DNA of 63,972 nt, filler included, from Reticulomyxa filosa (lineage: Eukaryota; Protista; Foraminifera): the NCBI GenBank assembly GCA_000512085.1. It is 20 parts of 20 records of this genome, joined end to end, with 100 filler letters (N's around TTAATTAATTAA, not from the genome) between each part and the next. Parts side by side here need not be neighbours in the genome. Positions count along the whole stretch, not along the records: positions 1 to 2,484 come from ASPP01044536.1; positions 2,585 to 6,450 come from ASPP01010470.1; positions 6,551 to 7,575 come from ASPP01031362.1; positions 7,676 to 12,590 come from ASPP01037847.1; 16 more parts are not named here. One strand, written 5' to 3'. A program made the position numbers and the translations under genes. The notes below the pieces were generated by a model. The model was not told the origin of the DNA. It did no database searches and saw only the letters and a program-made list of their open reading frames with translations. Position 1 is the first letter of the stretch, and each line of letters begins with the position of its first letter. Positions 1 to 10,540 of the stretch are shown here, in pieces.

Positions 1-110
1 TTTCTGTATTCTAATTGTTTTCATTTTTATTTGTTTTGTTTTATGAAACACTAAAGAAAATGGAGAGACACAAGTGACTCCACTCCTTTTTTTAAATAAA
101 AAATATTAAC

Positions 111-730
111 TTCGTCATCCCAAAGCGCAGGGACAGTCAATACATACAATACTTTCTTTGGATCAAGAGGTCGATATGCCTCTCCAAACATATCTTTTCG
201 GGTCATTTCCACTTGTGTTAATGCTGTTTCTTTGATGGCATTCAGCAGCATCACAAACAATTCCATTACTGGTATTTCATGTATTCCACTGCTATCTTTT
301 ATCTTCATTGATCGAAATTTAGCATCTTTGGTTAATACAGCAGGTTTGAAGTTTGCGTAATATGCAAATTTGCTCCGCTCCTCTGGCTATGATCACAATG
401 TAAAATTTGTTGAAGTGGGGTCATACTTTTGCTCCTTTTTTTTTTGTATGTGCACCTGTTGCAACTTGTTAGAAACGCAACTTTTGTTTCGAAATACTCT
501 TTCTCTGCTTTGTAGCCCCAGCATACGACCGCTTTTGTTTTAGGGTCCAAAAGTAGAGCCGATAAATTTTTACTCTTGGCGTACTGAGCCATTTCCTCAC
601 AGCCTCCAGTTTGTTGAATTAAATCCACTCTGGGAACAACTCCGAGCATTGTATGCTCACATGCTGCTGCAGCAGAGCCAAACGAGCCAAAATCAATCCC
701 AATCACTTGATCAAATACCACACTGAACAT
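111..730 (-). CDS. HSPA12-like Hsp70-superfamily ATPase, 5' part (continues towards or past window start)
   Basis: Phosphate-1 motif VIGIDFGSFGS, then LLLDP..VCWGY.A. Phase-0 intron 387-481 joins to PEERSKFAYYANFKP and VLTVPALWDDE; these are HSPA12-type motifs. Next donor at 110. Confidence 0.75.
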
Positions 731-1111
731 GGCGCAGATAAATGAAATAAGCTAAGCAACAACCAAAAAAAGTTCTTACACTGAATAATCAGACTCACCA
801 CGGTTAAACGTTCGATTTTTTGATTGTACAGTACAATCTATTCTCTTTTAAAATTAAGTTATAACAACCATTTTAAAACGAACCTGCAAGGAAGCAAACT
901 TAGAGAGTCAAAACTTTTTGAGTCCAACTTTATACTTTTAAAAACGGCGAAATCTTATAAAAAACTAAAAAAGTACGCAATCTTCAAATTTTCTTTTTTT
1001 TAAATTTTTTTGTGTTGTTAGATAAGTGTCCGCTCCTGCAGTTTTTTTTGTTGTGTCTGCCCTTGTCTTTACTCTTTTTGTTTGTTGCTTAACGTGTCAA
1101 CGAAAGTGGAA

Positions 1112-2391
1112 ATGATCGTTGATTTGTGCTTTGTCATAGATTGTACAGGTAAGAAAAAAAAAGAGTTGAGAGTTGGAATAAATAGGGAAAACCTCTTGCT
1201 CTGTGGGTATTACATTAGGTTCAATGTCCTGTTGGATAAACAAGTGCAAAGACGACATCCAGGGGATTGTGACTACAGTAATGACTGAATATCCTTTTAT
1301 CAAAATTCGGCTTGCGTGCGTTGGTTACAGGTATACGTCCTCCTTGTTTTTGATAATGACAATTATTTCTATTACTAAAAAAAAACTATCCACATCAGAG
1401 ATTATGGTGATACTTGTCCATTTGAAATACTGGAATTCACTGAAGATATCAATGCATTTAAAGATTTTATGGGAAGGTTAAAAGCAACTGGAGGTGCTGA
1501 CGAATGTGAAGATGTGATAGGTGGACTAGAAAAGTGTGCAGAGCTCCGATGGTCATCTCCCATTAAAGTGTTGTTCCACATTGTTAAGTCTACAAATAAC
1601 TCCAAAAAAAAAAACAGCTCCCAAAGGGGGTACCAAAAAACAGGGTGACGCTCCACCGCACAATCGCATGTATCACGATGGAGCCGGAGACAGTCATCCA
1701 GGCGACACAAGACGAGATCATAACGTAGTGTTAAGAGCACTCCAAAAAAAAGGAAATATGAGATATTACATCGCAAAATTGAACGATAAATTAAATAAGG
1801 TTTGGTGTGTGATAGGAAAAAAAAACAATACCACTTGTATCTGGCAAAAAAAAACAACAGATGATTCGAATATTTAAAGCAACTGGCCACGACATGAATC
1901 TAATAGTAGAAGAACACGAAGTGCCTGATATTAAGTGCTTATTTGCTAGTGTGATGCGATCGGTTACAGATGCGATTCGGGCTATTCGGGTCTCCAAAAA
2001 TAAAACGTTAATTAATGTGTGTGCGAGTCTTTAGAGATATACCACTTTAAGATTTAAAGTCTGACATTAAAAAAAATGGATATAGACGAGTGTCATCACA
2101 TCGTGGCGGCTTAATTTCAGGTACACGTAAAAAGCACTTGTTTAAAGCTTTTGTGGGCATTGACTTTGGAACTGATGGCACTGGATTTGCGTACAGCTTT
2201 TCCGATGGAAAAGTGTATACCGAACAAAAATGGCCAGGACGATTGCTGGCTGAATTGAAAAACAAAACAAACATATTGCTTGACAAAGATGGAAGATTGG
2301 TAGCATTTGGTCAAGAGGCAACTGATAAATACACTTCAAGTACCGATCGTTCCTTAGAATTTTATGAAAGATTCAAAATGGCTTTATATGG
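1112..2391 (+). CDS. vWA domain fused to HSPA12-like Hsp70 ATPase (3' end lost at contig end)
   Basis: GT-AG introns 1149-1218, 1331-1398, 1583-1643, 1800-1860 and 2007-2085 all keep frame. Product: DLCFVIDCTGSMS (MIDAS DxTxS), VGYRDY, ATGGADECEDV, HIGDAPPH, then FVGIDFGTDGTGFAYS...NILLD...AFGQEA...FYERFKMALY. Confidence 0.8.
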
Positions 2392-2444
2392 TTAGGTCCA
2401 CGAATTTTATTTAATATAAAAAAACGGAGTGTGTGAAATGATAC

Positions 2445-2484
<40 letters not shown>
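2445..2484. repeat. (AAT)n microsatellite at contig end; similar tracts at about 28464, 36267, 53440, 56469 and 59278
   Basis: Direct reading of tandem AAT/ATT units, mostly abutting linkers. Confidence 0.95.
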
Positions 2485-2584
2485 NNNNNNNNNNNNNNNN
2501 NNNNNNNNNNNNNNNNNNNNNNNNNNNNTTAATTAATTAANNNNNNNNNNNNNNNNNNNNNNNNNNNNNNNNNNNNNNNNNNNN
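2485..2584. other. Artificial contig linker N44-TTAATTAATTAA-N44, first of 19 (others start at 6451, 7576, 12591, 16421, 28364, 31500, 35722, 38140, 39321, 46798, 48385, 50526, 52115, 53340, 56505, 57858, 59178, 62560)
   Basis: Identical 100-nt structure each time. TTAATTAATTAA places stop codons in all six frames, and composition changes abruptly across linkers. Confidence 0.98.
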
Positions 2585-4809
2585 GTTTGCCTGCCTTTTT
2601 TTTTTTCCTCCCCCCCCCCCTTTCCTCCTAACCAGGCAATATTGAACAATTGGAAAATGTGATTAACTTCATCTCGAAGCGCATCCAAATCCGACGTGGC
2701 GGCAGATATTCTAAAGATCCCCTCTGTCTTAAATCCATCTAATTCAATTACCTTTTGACACAGTGACGTCATTATCTTGGGCACAACGGCAGTGGCGTCC
2801 GTTTTCTAAGATACCCACGACACACGAATTGGAAATGTGTGGTCTTTTGCCCTCAAGTCTCTTACTTTTCTCTCAACCCAGTCAAATGAAAAGAATGAAT
2901 GAACAAACAAAAAAACTCGAGTGAGATCCATGGCATCTTTGAGGGAATAGAAGAGTTTTGGAAATCGGCGATTCGTATATAAACTCGAGTGGTTTCCTTT
3001 CTCTTCCCTTTACATCAATTCTGTCAATCAATCAAGCAAACAAACAAACTAAATAAGTCAACAAATACATTCAAGCTGAGCTCCATATTTCAATGTTGTA
3101 ACATTGATTATCTCAAAAAAAGGAGCAATATGTATTCATTGTTCAAGGAATAAAAATGCAAAACAAACGTGCTTTTGAGGAATCGATCAAATTCTTTCTT
3201 TGAGTTCAAAGAAGCCAAGCATTTTTCAATTTGGTTCTCAAGTGACTGTATATGCCATACATCCATATAAGTATACATATACACCATATGTATATGACAC
3301 AATCACTTCAAAAAAAAAAAAAAAAAAACGGGGAAGGAGAACTAATTGTAACAAAAGATATATATATATATTTTTTAAAAAAAAAGTATGTTAGTACAAA
3401 CCAAAATTTTTTCGCTGAGAAACATTTGTTTATGTTGAGCAACAAATTTTTGCATCTGCTCAGTGCAAAAGGTGACCCGATCGAGTTCGATTTCGTGGCA
3501 GTCTTTTTTGAATTGCTCTTGTAGCTGAACGTACACACTTTGTTCATGATTGGCCGTCATGACGGCGGCTTTGTACGTTTCATCTTCCTGTTGCGCCTTC
3601 AAGTACAGCATTTCCTCCTCGGTCATATCTTTGTTGTCCCCACCCAACCGAATTGTCATTTTGCTCATCCACCCTTTTTTCTTTTTCGCGTCTTTCTTCG
3701 CATCGCCCGTCTTGCGGTTCGGCCGTTGTGACGCGTCCACCTGCTTCGCCCGCTGCGCCGCTGACCGGGCAGTCTGGCCTTGTTTTTTCATCGCCGTGAT
3801 TGTGGTGTTCAATTTCATTTCCGATTGTTGGTTGTATCGTTTCATTTGTTGCACTTTCTGCTGTTTATCCTTTTTTTTTTTTTTTTTAAAAAAAAATAAA
3901 AATAAAAAAAATAAATAAATAAATGAATAATAAAATAAATTTAAAAAAAAAAATTTTAAATCCAAAAAAAAAAAAAAAAAAACAACTTGTATATATTTAG
4001 TCATCGTTGGAACAATTTTCGTCGCTAAAAATTCGGCCAGCCGACGCTGTGATCGTGTGGTCTCGGTGATCAGTTGCTGCGTCAAGTTACAGCACTGCGC
4101 AAAGTCGCGCATTCCATCCATCACCTCATAACTCGAAGGATACCTTTGCAACACTTCCAGCAGCTTGGTGGCATCTTGCAACTGGTGCTTACTGAATTTA
4201 CGGATTATCTCTTTCAGTTGTTCCATTATTTCAATCCCCACGTCCACCTGTCGCAACACATGTGTGAACCCTACGTCATACAACATCTCCGCTTCTTTGC
4301 TCTCAAAAGACGTGCCATTACTTTTCGGTTCTTCATTTTTATTCACCATTGTTTTCTCCTCCTTTGTTTTTTTTTTTTTTTTATACATGTACATATATAT
4401 ATAATATATGCATATAAGAGAATTTACAAATGGATACATTATATGTCACAACAACTGGAATGCTTTCGGTGGGAACGGGTGTGACTACTGTTTCTTGTGC
4501 TGTTGGTGTCTTTAACACGTCGTGAATGTCTTCTACTTTTGCTTCTTCTTTTGATGGCTCTGAAGGGGTTGGCATCGCTGGGACTGAACTTTCCACGTGG
4601 TGGTGGGCGTTGCTTTCTTCTTTTTCACTATCGTCATCACCCAGGTCGATCGCAGGCAGTCCTGCTGTCTTCTCTCCTGGATTACTGCTCTCTGAACGCT
4701 TCCTATTTGCCTGCAGATTTACCAATTGATCTTCACTCGATTTCTCCGCATCTATTACTGTGCGAAGTGCCGCATCCACTTCATCTGGCTTCAATGAACC
4801 TACAGACAT
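2585..4809 (-). CDS. F-BAR plus RhoGAP protein (multi-exon, 3' truncated)
   Basis: LYDVGFTHVLRQVDVGIEIMEQLKEIIRK helical FCH/F-BAR-like region with EIELDRV..., followed by the RhoGAP start VPKIMTSLCQKVIELDGFKTEGIFRISA (arginine finger GIFR). A/T-tract introns separate the exons. Confidence 0.8.
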
Positions 4810-5117
4810 GGCGCAGGGCAGCCTTTTTTCTGCCTATCACCCCCCCCTCCCTCTTCCATTCAAGTTTTTTTAAGTACTAAACTAGTGCCTTATTTGCAGC
4901 TGCTTTTGCGCAACTTGGACACATTGCAAAAAAGGATCTCTAAAAGTCAACCCAAAGCTAGCTAAAAGAGAAAAACAAATTTGACACAGACGGCCCAGCT
5001 AAGGAAAACAAAAAAAAAAGTAATTCTTGTTCTTCCATTATTGTTTACACATTTTGTATACAAAAAAGAAATAAAAGTGCTAGTATTGTTTGAGAAAGAG
5101 AAAAAAAAAAATTAGTA

Positions 5118-5696
5118 TTACTCTTTGGTGATATGACCAGTAGTTTTTTGCAATGGCGACAAACATGGAAGTAACAAAAAAGTTTCATCATGTTTGTTTG
5201 GAGTTTCGGATGCGATTTTGGGTTGTTTTTTAGTGCGATGAAACAAGTAAGAGATCAAGTTGTCCAATGAGATATCTCTACGAGTGTGTTGTCGTGTAGC
5301 AACACTGGTATAGCAAACAGGGCAATATTTGCCATTTGTTTTCAAAGCCCGATCCAAACATTTCTTGCAAAAACGGTGGATACATTCTTTCACACACATC
5401 GTCTTGGTCAAAATATCCAAACAAATAGGACAGCGCAGTTCCACACGTAAGGTGTCCATTGACAAATAAATGTCCATGTTTTTATCGACTTGCTTGTCGT
5501 TGTTTGAATTTGCACTTGTTAAACAATTATCCGTACTCGCTGGAATCATCTTGCTTACGATTGCCACATTTTTTTCTAACGTTTCTGTGTGTACACACTC
5601 CCACAACGTCGCTTTTGCAGCTTCAGAGGAGTCTGAATTTTCTCCTTTGTTGTCGCTGTGAACGTAGCTGTTGCTGGTAAAACGTGACATAATCAT
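5118..5696 (-). CDS. RING1/RNF2-like C3HC4 RING E3 ligase (PRC1-type RING), single exon
   Basis: ELRCPICLDILTKTMCVKECIHRFCKKC...GKYCPVC...TRRDISLDNLISYLF closely follows the RING1A/B pattern ELxCPICLDxLxxTMxxKECxHRFC...RxDxxxDxLI. Confidence 0.75.
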   Translation of the reverse strand: MIMSRFTSNSYVHSDNKGENSDSSEAAKATLWECVHTETLEKNVAIVSKMIPASTDNCLTSANSNNDKQVDKNMDIYLSMDTLRVELRCPICLDILTKTMCVKECIHRFCKKCLDRALKTNGKYCPVCYTSVATRQHTRRDISLDNLISYLFHRTKKQPKIASETPNKHDETFLLLPCLSPLQKTTGHITKE

Positions 5697-6004
5697 TTAT
5701 TCTCAAAAAAAAAAAAGAAAAACACAAAAAAATCTATTTGCACTCGATTGCCTCCCACGGTAACAATAAGCCCAAATATTCTGAGATTTATATCACTTAG
5801 CCCGTGTCAACAGACCTACACTGAGCTCACCCTTTTTTTCTTGACTGGCTTGAAAATGTGTCTCTTTTCATTGCACAATTTCGCAACTTATTGTATCCCT
5901 CTTTTTACTTTTGTTTTATTTTCGGTAACTTTTGCGTTTTGTCTTCAACTTTCAGAGTCAGTTTTTTTTTTTGCGCGAATAAAAATTCTCAAGAAAGTTC
6001 TTCA

Positions 6005-6322
6005 ATGCCATATATAACTTTTGGGACAATATGGATGGACAGGATTTGTGTTTTAATAGGTGCTATTAACTGCTTTGTACTGTTCGTTTGCTTGCTTTAT
6101 CAATTTTATGAAAAGAACAAAGACAAGAAGCCAGGACAGTCACACCTCAACAAAGGATGGTCTGTGAATCTGATGAACTACTCGGCACTAGGAGCAGTTC
6201 TAGTAAACGGGGTTTTCAATACAATACGATTTCCAGTGTCGTTTGGACTTCGATCTCTCGGGAACTGTGGGTTTCAGTCGGGTTTGCTTGCCAGTCTCTG
6301 GGCCACGGGAAGACTCTGTACG
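6005..6322 (+). CDS. Multi-pass membrane protein, GPCR-like N-terminal part (truncated)
   Basis: ATG at 6005. Three hydrophobic segments, with a Cys preceding the third (GNCGFQSGLLASLWATGR). A probable intron then runs into the contig end. Confidence 0.4.
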
Positions 6323-6412
6323 TAGTTTGTTTTTTTTTTGTAGCAGTAGTCCCCTAACCTGCATATAAAGGTGGCACACTATTTTATTTTATTTTTTTTT
6401 TTTTTAAATAAC

Positions 6413-6450
<38 letters not shown>

Positions 6451-6550
6451 NNNNNNNNNNNNNNNNNNNNNNNNNNNNNNNNNNNNNNNNNNNNTTAATT
6501 AATTAANNNNNNNNNNNNNNNNNNNNNNNNNNNNNNNNNNNNNNNNNNNN

Positions 6551-6749
6551 CGAGCGCATGAAGGTCCAGGTCACCATCCTCGACCGCGAGCTGCGGGCCG
6601 ACGGGGTCCGGGTCTCGGTGTTCAAGCAGCAGACCAGCCCCCGAGGCGGCAACTGGGTCGACGCCCAGGTCGATCCGCGGACCAACATCGACATCGAGAA
6701 CGCCATTCTCACGCGGGCCCGGCAGCTTCGCATCGCCGGCGGGTCCTGA
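6551..6749 (+). CDS. DUF3576-type protein, 3' end (alphaproteobacterial)
   Basis: ERMKVQVTILDRELRADGVRVSVFKQ...W...IENAILTRARQLRI. This family typically precedes leuS in Alphaproteobacteria. GC-rich codon usage. Confidence 0.75.
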
Positions 6750-6854
6750 CGCCGCCTGGCTCCCTCTCTGTCAAAGGCTTGACGTGAGAGGCCGCAGCGG
6801 GCATCCGCTGCGGCCTCCGTCTTTTTCGGAACACGCTTTTTCGGGAATATCTCC

Positions 6855-7575
6855 GTGTCGTCGACGCAAGCCGCACCCACCGTGCGCTACAATTTCACCG
6901 AAACCGAGAGCAAGTGGCAGAAGGTCTGGGAAGAGCGCCAGACCTTCAGGGCCGCGATGGATAAGGCGCGACCGAAATACTACGTGCTCGAGATGTTCCC
7001 CTATCCGTCGGGGCGCATCCACATGGGCCACGTGCGCAACTACACGCAGGGCGACGTGATCGCCCGCTACAAGCGCGCCAAGGGTTTCAACGTCCTGCAT
7101 CCCATGGGCTGGGATGCGTTCGGGCTGCCGGCCGAGAACGCCGCCATGGAGAAGAAGGTCCACCCGAAGAAGTGGACCTACGAGAACATCGCCTCGATGA
7201 AGAAGCAGCTGAAGTCGATGGGCCTGTCCCTCGACTGGAGCCGCGAACTGGCGACCTGCGATCCCTCCTACTACCGCCACCAGCAGAAGATGTTCCTCGA
7301 CTTCTGGAAGGCCGGCCTGGCGTACCGCAAGGAAGCCTGGGTCAACTGGGATCCCGTCGACAACACCGTGCTGGCCAACGAGCAGGTGATCGAGGGCAAG
7401 GGCTGGCGAACGGGCGCGCCGGTGGAGCGCCGCAAGCTCACCCAGTGGAACCTCAAGATCACCCATTTCGCCGACGAGCTGCTGAGCCGCCTCGACACGC
7501 TCGACCGCTGGCCCGAGAAAGTGCGCCTGATGCAGGCGAACTGGATCGGCAAGAGCCGCGGTGCGCGCGTCTTCT
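6855..7575 (+). CDS. leuS: Leucine--tRNA ligase, 5' part (bacterial)
   Basis: [23 protein letters not shown] (HIGH-type HMGH), [50 protein letters not shown]. No introns, high GC3. Confidence 0.97.
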
Positions 7576-7675
7576 NNNNNNNNNNNNNNNNNNNNNNNNN
7601 NNNNNNNNNNNNNNNNNNNTTAATTAATTAANNNNNNNNNNNNNNNNNNNNNNNNNNNNNNNNNNNNNNNNNNNN

Positions 7676-8612
7676 AAAAAAAAAAAAAGAAGTAAATAAA
7701 CTTAGTTTGTGTCATTGCCAATGGGATATCCTTGTCATTTACTTTTAAATATGTATTGACTGTCTGTTCTGAACTCACTCCATGTTTGAGGAAATTACAC
7801 GCAATATGTAGTCGACTAACTGTGTTTGTATCTGTACTCACGTCGACATTACAGGTCGTTTTTATTTCATTCATAAAGTGTTTCACCAGAATATCCGTGC
7901 AACTATCCCCTCCAGGAGATAGACGGATCGCTTTTATGTTCATACTCTCTTTGGTTACAGTAACAATCGAAGTCGTGCAATTTCTCCCTCCCATATCAAA
8001 GATCAGCACATTTTTTGTCTTTTCAATCGCACGCTTATTCAAGCCATAAGCAGTCATTGCCGCTATGGTATCGTCAAGCGTACTTACTACTTGAAACCCT
8101 GCTCCTTCAGCTGCTTTTTTTATTATCTATCCAATTGTATTGTTTGTTTGTTTTTTTAAGTATTATGTGGTGGCTCCGAGACGAGTGGCTCCAAACTTTT
8201 TTAAAGATACCTGTTTTTCAGAGTGAGTGAATAGCGTTGGTACAGTAATTACAGCTTTTGTTGCTTGAAATTCCAATCTTTTTTCCGAAATGTCTTTGAT
8301 ATGCTTAAAATACATTGACAAAATCTTATTCACTGTGAGATGCTCGGGGAGTAACTTTATCCGTGATGAATCATTGACCAAATATTTCAATCCATATATA
8401 ATGCTTTCAGGTGCTTTTTGTGCAAAAGTCTCTGCTTCACTGCCAAAATATTCCTTTTTGTCAACGAATGCAAAACACGAAGGGATTATTCTTCTGTTTA
8501 AATCATTGGTCACTGTTTCTATTTCTTCGCCCCTCCAAACTGCCACGCATGATTTCGTTACTCCAAAATCTATACCTAAGCAGCAAAATTCCAGTTCTTC
8601 TCTTTCTGACAT
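7676..8612 (-). CDS. Divergent Hsp70-family protein (NBD; 3' truncated)
   Basis: LGIDFGVTKSCVAV, RIIPS, KAVITVP. Intron 8127-8210, then AAEGAGF..STLDDTIAAMTAYGL and NVLIFDMGG. Confidence 0.85.
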
Positions 8613-9220
8613 TTGAATGATCTTTACTAAAAATAACAGCTTTCAATAAAAGTTGGCTTTTTTGTTCCTACTTGCAGGGAGAACGAGAAAAAATTTTGTT
8701 TTAGTTAAAACTATAGCACTTGGAAATATTAGCACAACAGATTTTTTCAAAATAGGTTTAATGCTGATGACAACCATTTCTTTTTACTCCTGCTAATTCC
8801 TTTTTTTTTATTTTGTTCGATAAATACTTTGTTGGGCCATTTTATTGCATAGTATTGAATTCTTGTTTCATAATGCAGGTATTTACTGATCGAAACATAG
8901 TGCTTCTTAGATCAAATAAACCTTTTGAAAATAGTAGCTAGTGATTTAGCAGGCCAAAGAAAAAACAATTCGCAGTAAATTTTCTTCTCTTTCTCAATAG
9001 ATTTGGTTGAAGTTTGGATGTAAATGAAACAGGCTAAGTATTACGCCTCATTTCATGCAAAGGACAGCTTAAGTGTTGATTGCTAAAACGTGAATTCTCT
9101 TGGAAAACGGGAGACGACATAAAAATAACTTTTTTATTAGTTGTTGGTTGTACTTGTTTGTTTTATTTGTTGGTTTGTAATTTTATCCTTTTTATCTTAA
9201 TTTCTCAAAGCAAAAAAAGG

Positions 9221-10540
9221 ATGACATATTTGTCGAACAAATCAGAGAGAGCACACGACTGGACAGAAAGTGACTCTAAAAATGATAACTTGGCTAAAAC
9301 GGAGCCTGGGTATTTTTCTTCCGCTTATTGAAAAAATATTATTGAGTTTTTTTTTTCTATTTTAAAAAGGCGTGTGTTTTGCCTTTACGAAACAAATAGG
9401 TTGGGTATTATTTTGGTGGGACAAACCGGGGTTGGTAAATCAAGCCTAATCAAGGCAATGACCGGTGTCGATGTAAAGATCTCACATGATCCTAAAAGTG
9501 GCACAACTGAAGTGAAATTTTACAAAATAAATGGCAAAAACATTTACTACGTTGACACAAAAGGGACAAGTGATTCAACGTCTAATGAAGAATCGCAAAT
9601 TACATTAAAAACAGCAATGCAACAATGTTTCTTTAGTGGTGTGCGACAATTCAAAGTGATATGGATAGTAGCTGAACCAACAAGATCAACGAATGAGTTT
9701 CAAAAGCAAGCACAGTTTATTCACAACTTAGGTAAGGAGGGCAAGTACAATGTATGGGATTGCTGCCTAATTATTGTAAAAGATTCACCATATAATTGTG
9801 GAGCAGAAGGACCTGTGGATGCAGCGAAGCAATATGGAGCAGGTGGCTCTACTATTTCAAAGAATATTTTTGGTGCAAAATGTGTGGATTGGATTGAAGC
9901 AAGATTTAGGACAACACAAAGCACAACTGCTAAAAGTGAACTCGAAATGTGTAAAGCTCTGAAAAGTCTAAAGGACGATTACAAGAATTACGGAATATTC
10001 ACGGAAAACGAGCTAAGAAAAGAAGTTGAATTAAGACTAAACAATATAAAATCAACTGAACTCAAATGTAAGCTCTGCAAATGCAAAAACTGTGGTATTG
10101 AAGGGAATGATTCTTATACTACGCAAAGATGCCATTTGAAAAAGAGCTATACGCATCCCAATTGGACAACAGTACGGTATCATACCGATCAGTCCTGGGT
10201 CCATCCTGGAAGAGAAACAATAAAAACAGTCAGCAATGACACAATTTATGACGATATTAATAATATAGGTGGTCCCGCCTACCTTCTACATCTCCATCCA
10301 GGGGTTCATGTCGCTCGACTTTTTCAATCAAATGAAAGAAATATTACAGTGATGAGCTGCTGCGACAAAGATCCTAATTCGTCTGGATGCAAATATATGT
10401 GTGGGCATTGTAAAAGAAACGACTCCGGCTGTATGTCCAAGCGTGTGTGTGCAAATTGTAATGGGGAATTGGGTTCCACTGAATGTCATGCCATTTGTGC
10501 GGAGTGCAAAAAAGATTGGGGCACTGGCCCTTGTCGGTAG
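9221..10540 (+). CDS. TRAFAC-class GTPase (AIG1/septin/Era-like) with Cys/His-rich C-terminal region
   Basis: Intron 9310-9399 keeps frame. G1 GQTGVGKS, G2 SGTTEV, G3 DTKG. The tail has many CxxC pairs plus HPG and CC...SGC. Confidence 0.75.

Noticed and set aside
6771-7466. 231-aa minus-strand ORF and other overlapping ORFs in the GC-rich contig
   Set aside because: These are antisense shadows of leuS caused by high GC3 codon bias.
6451-7675. Horizontal transfer of bacterial leuS into the eukaryote
   Set aside because: The bacterial DNA is a separate contig bounded by linkers, with no host flank, introns or amelioration.
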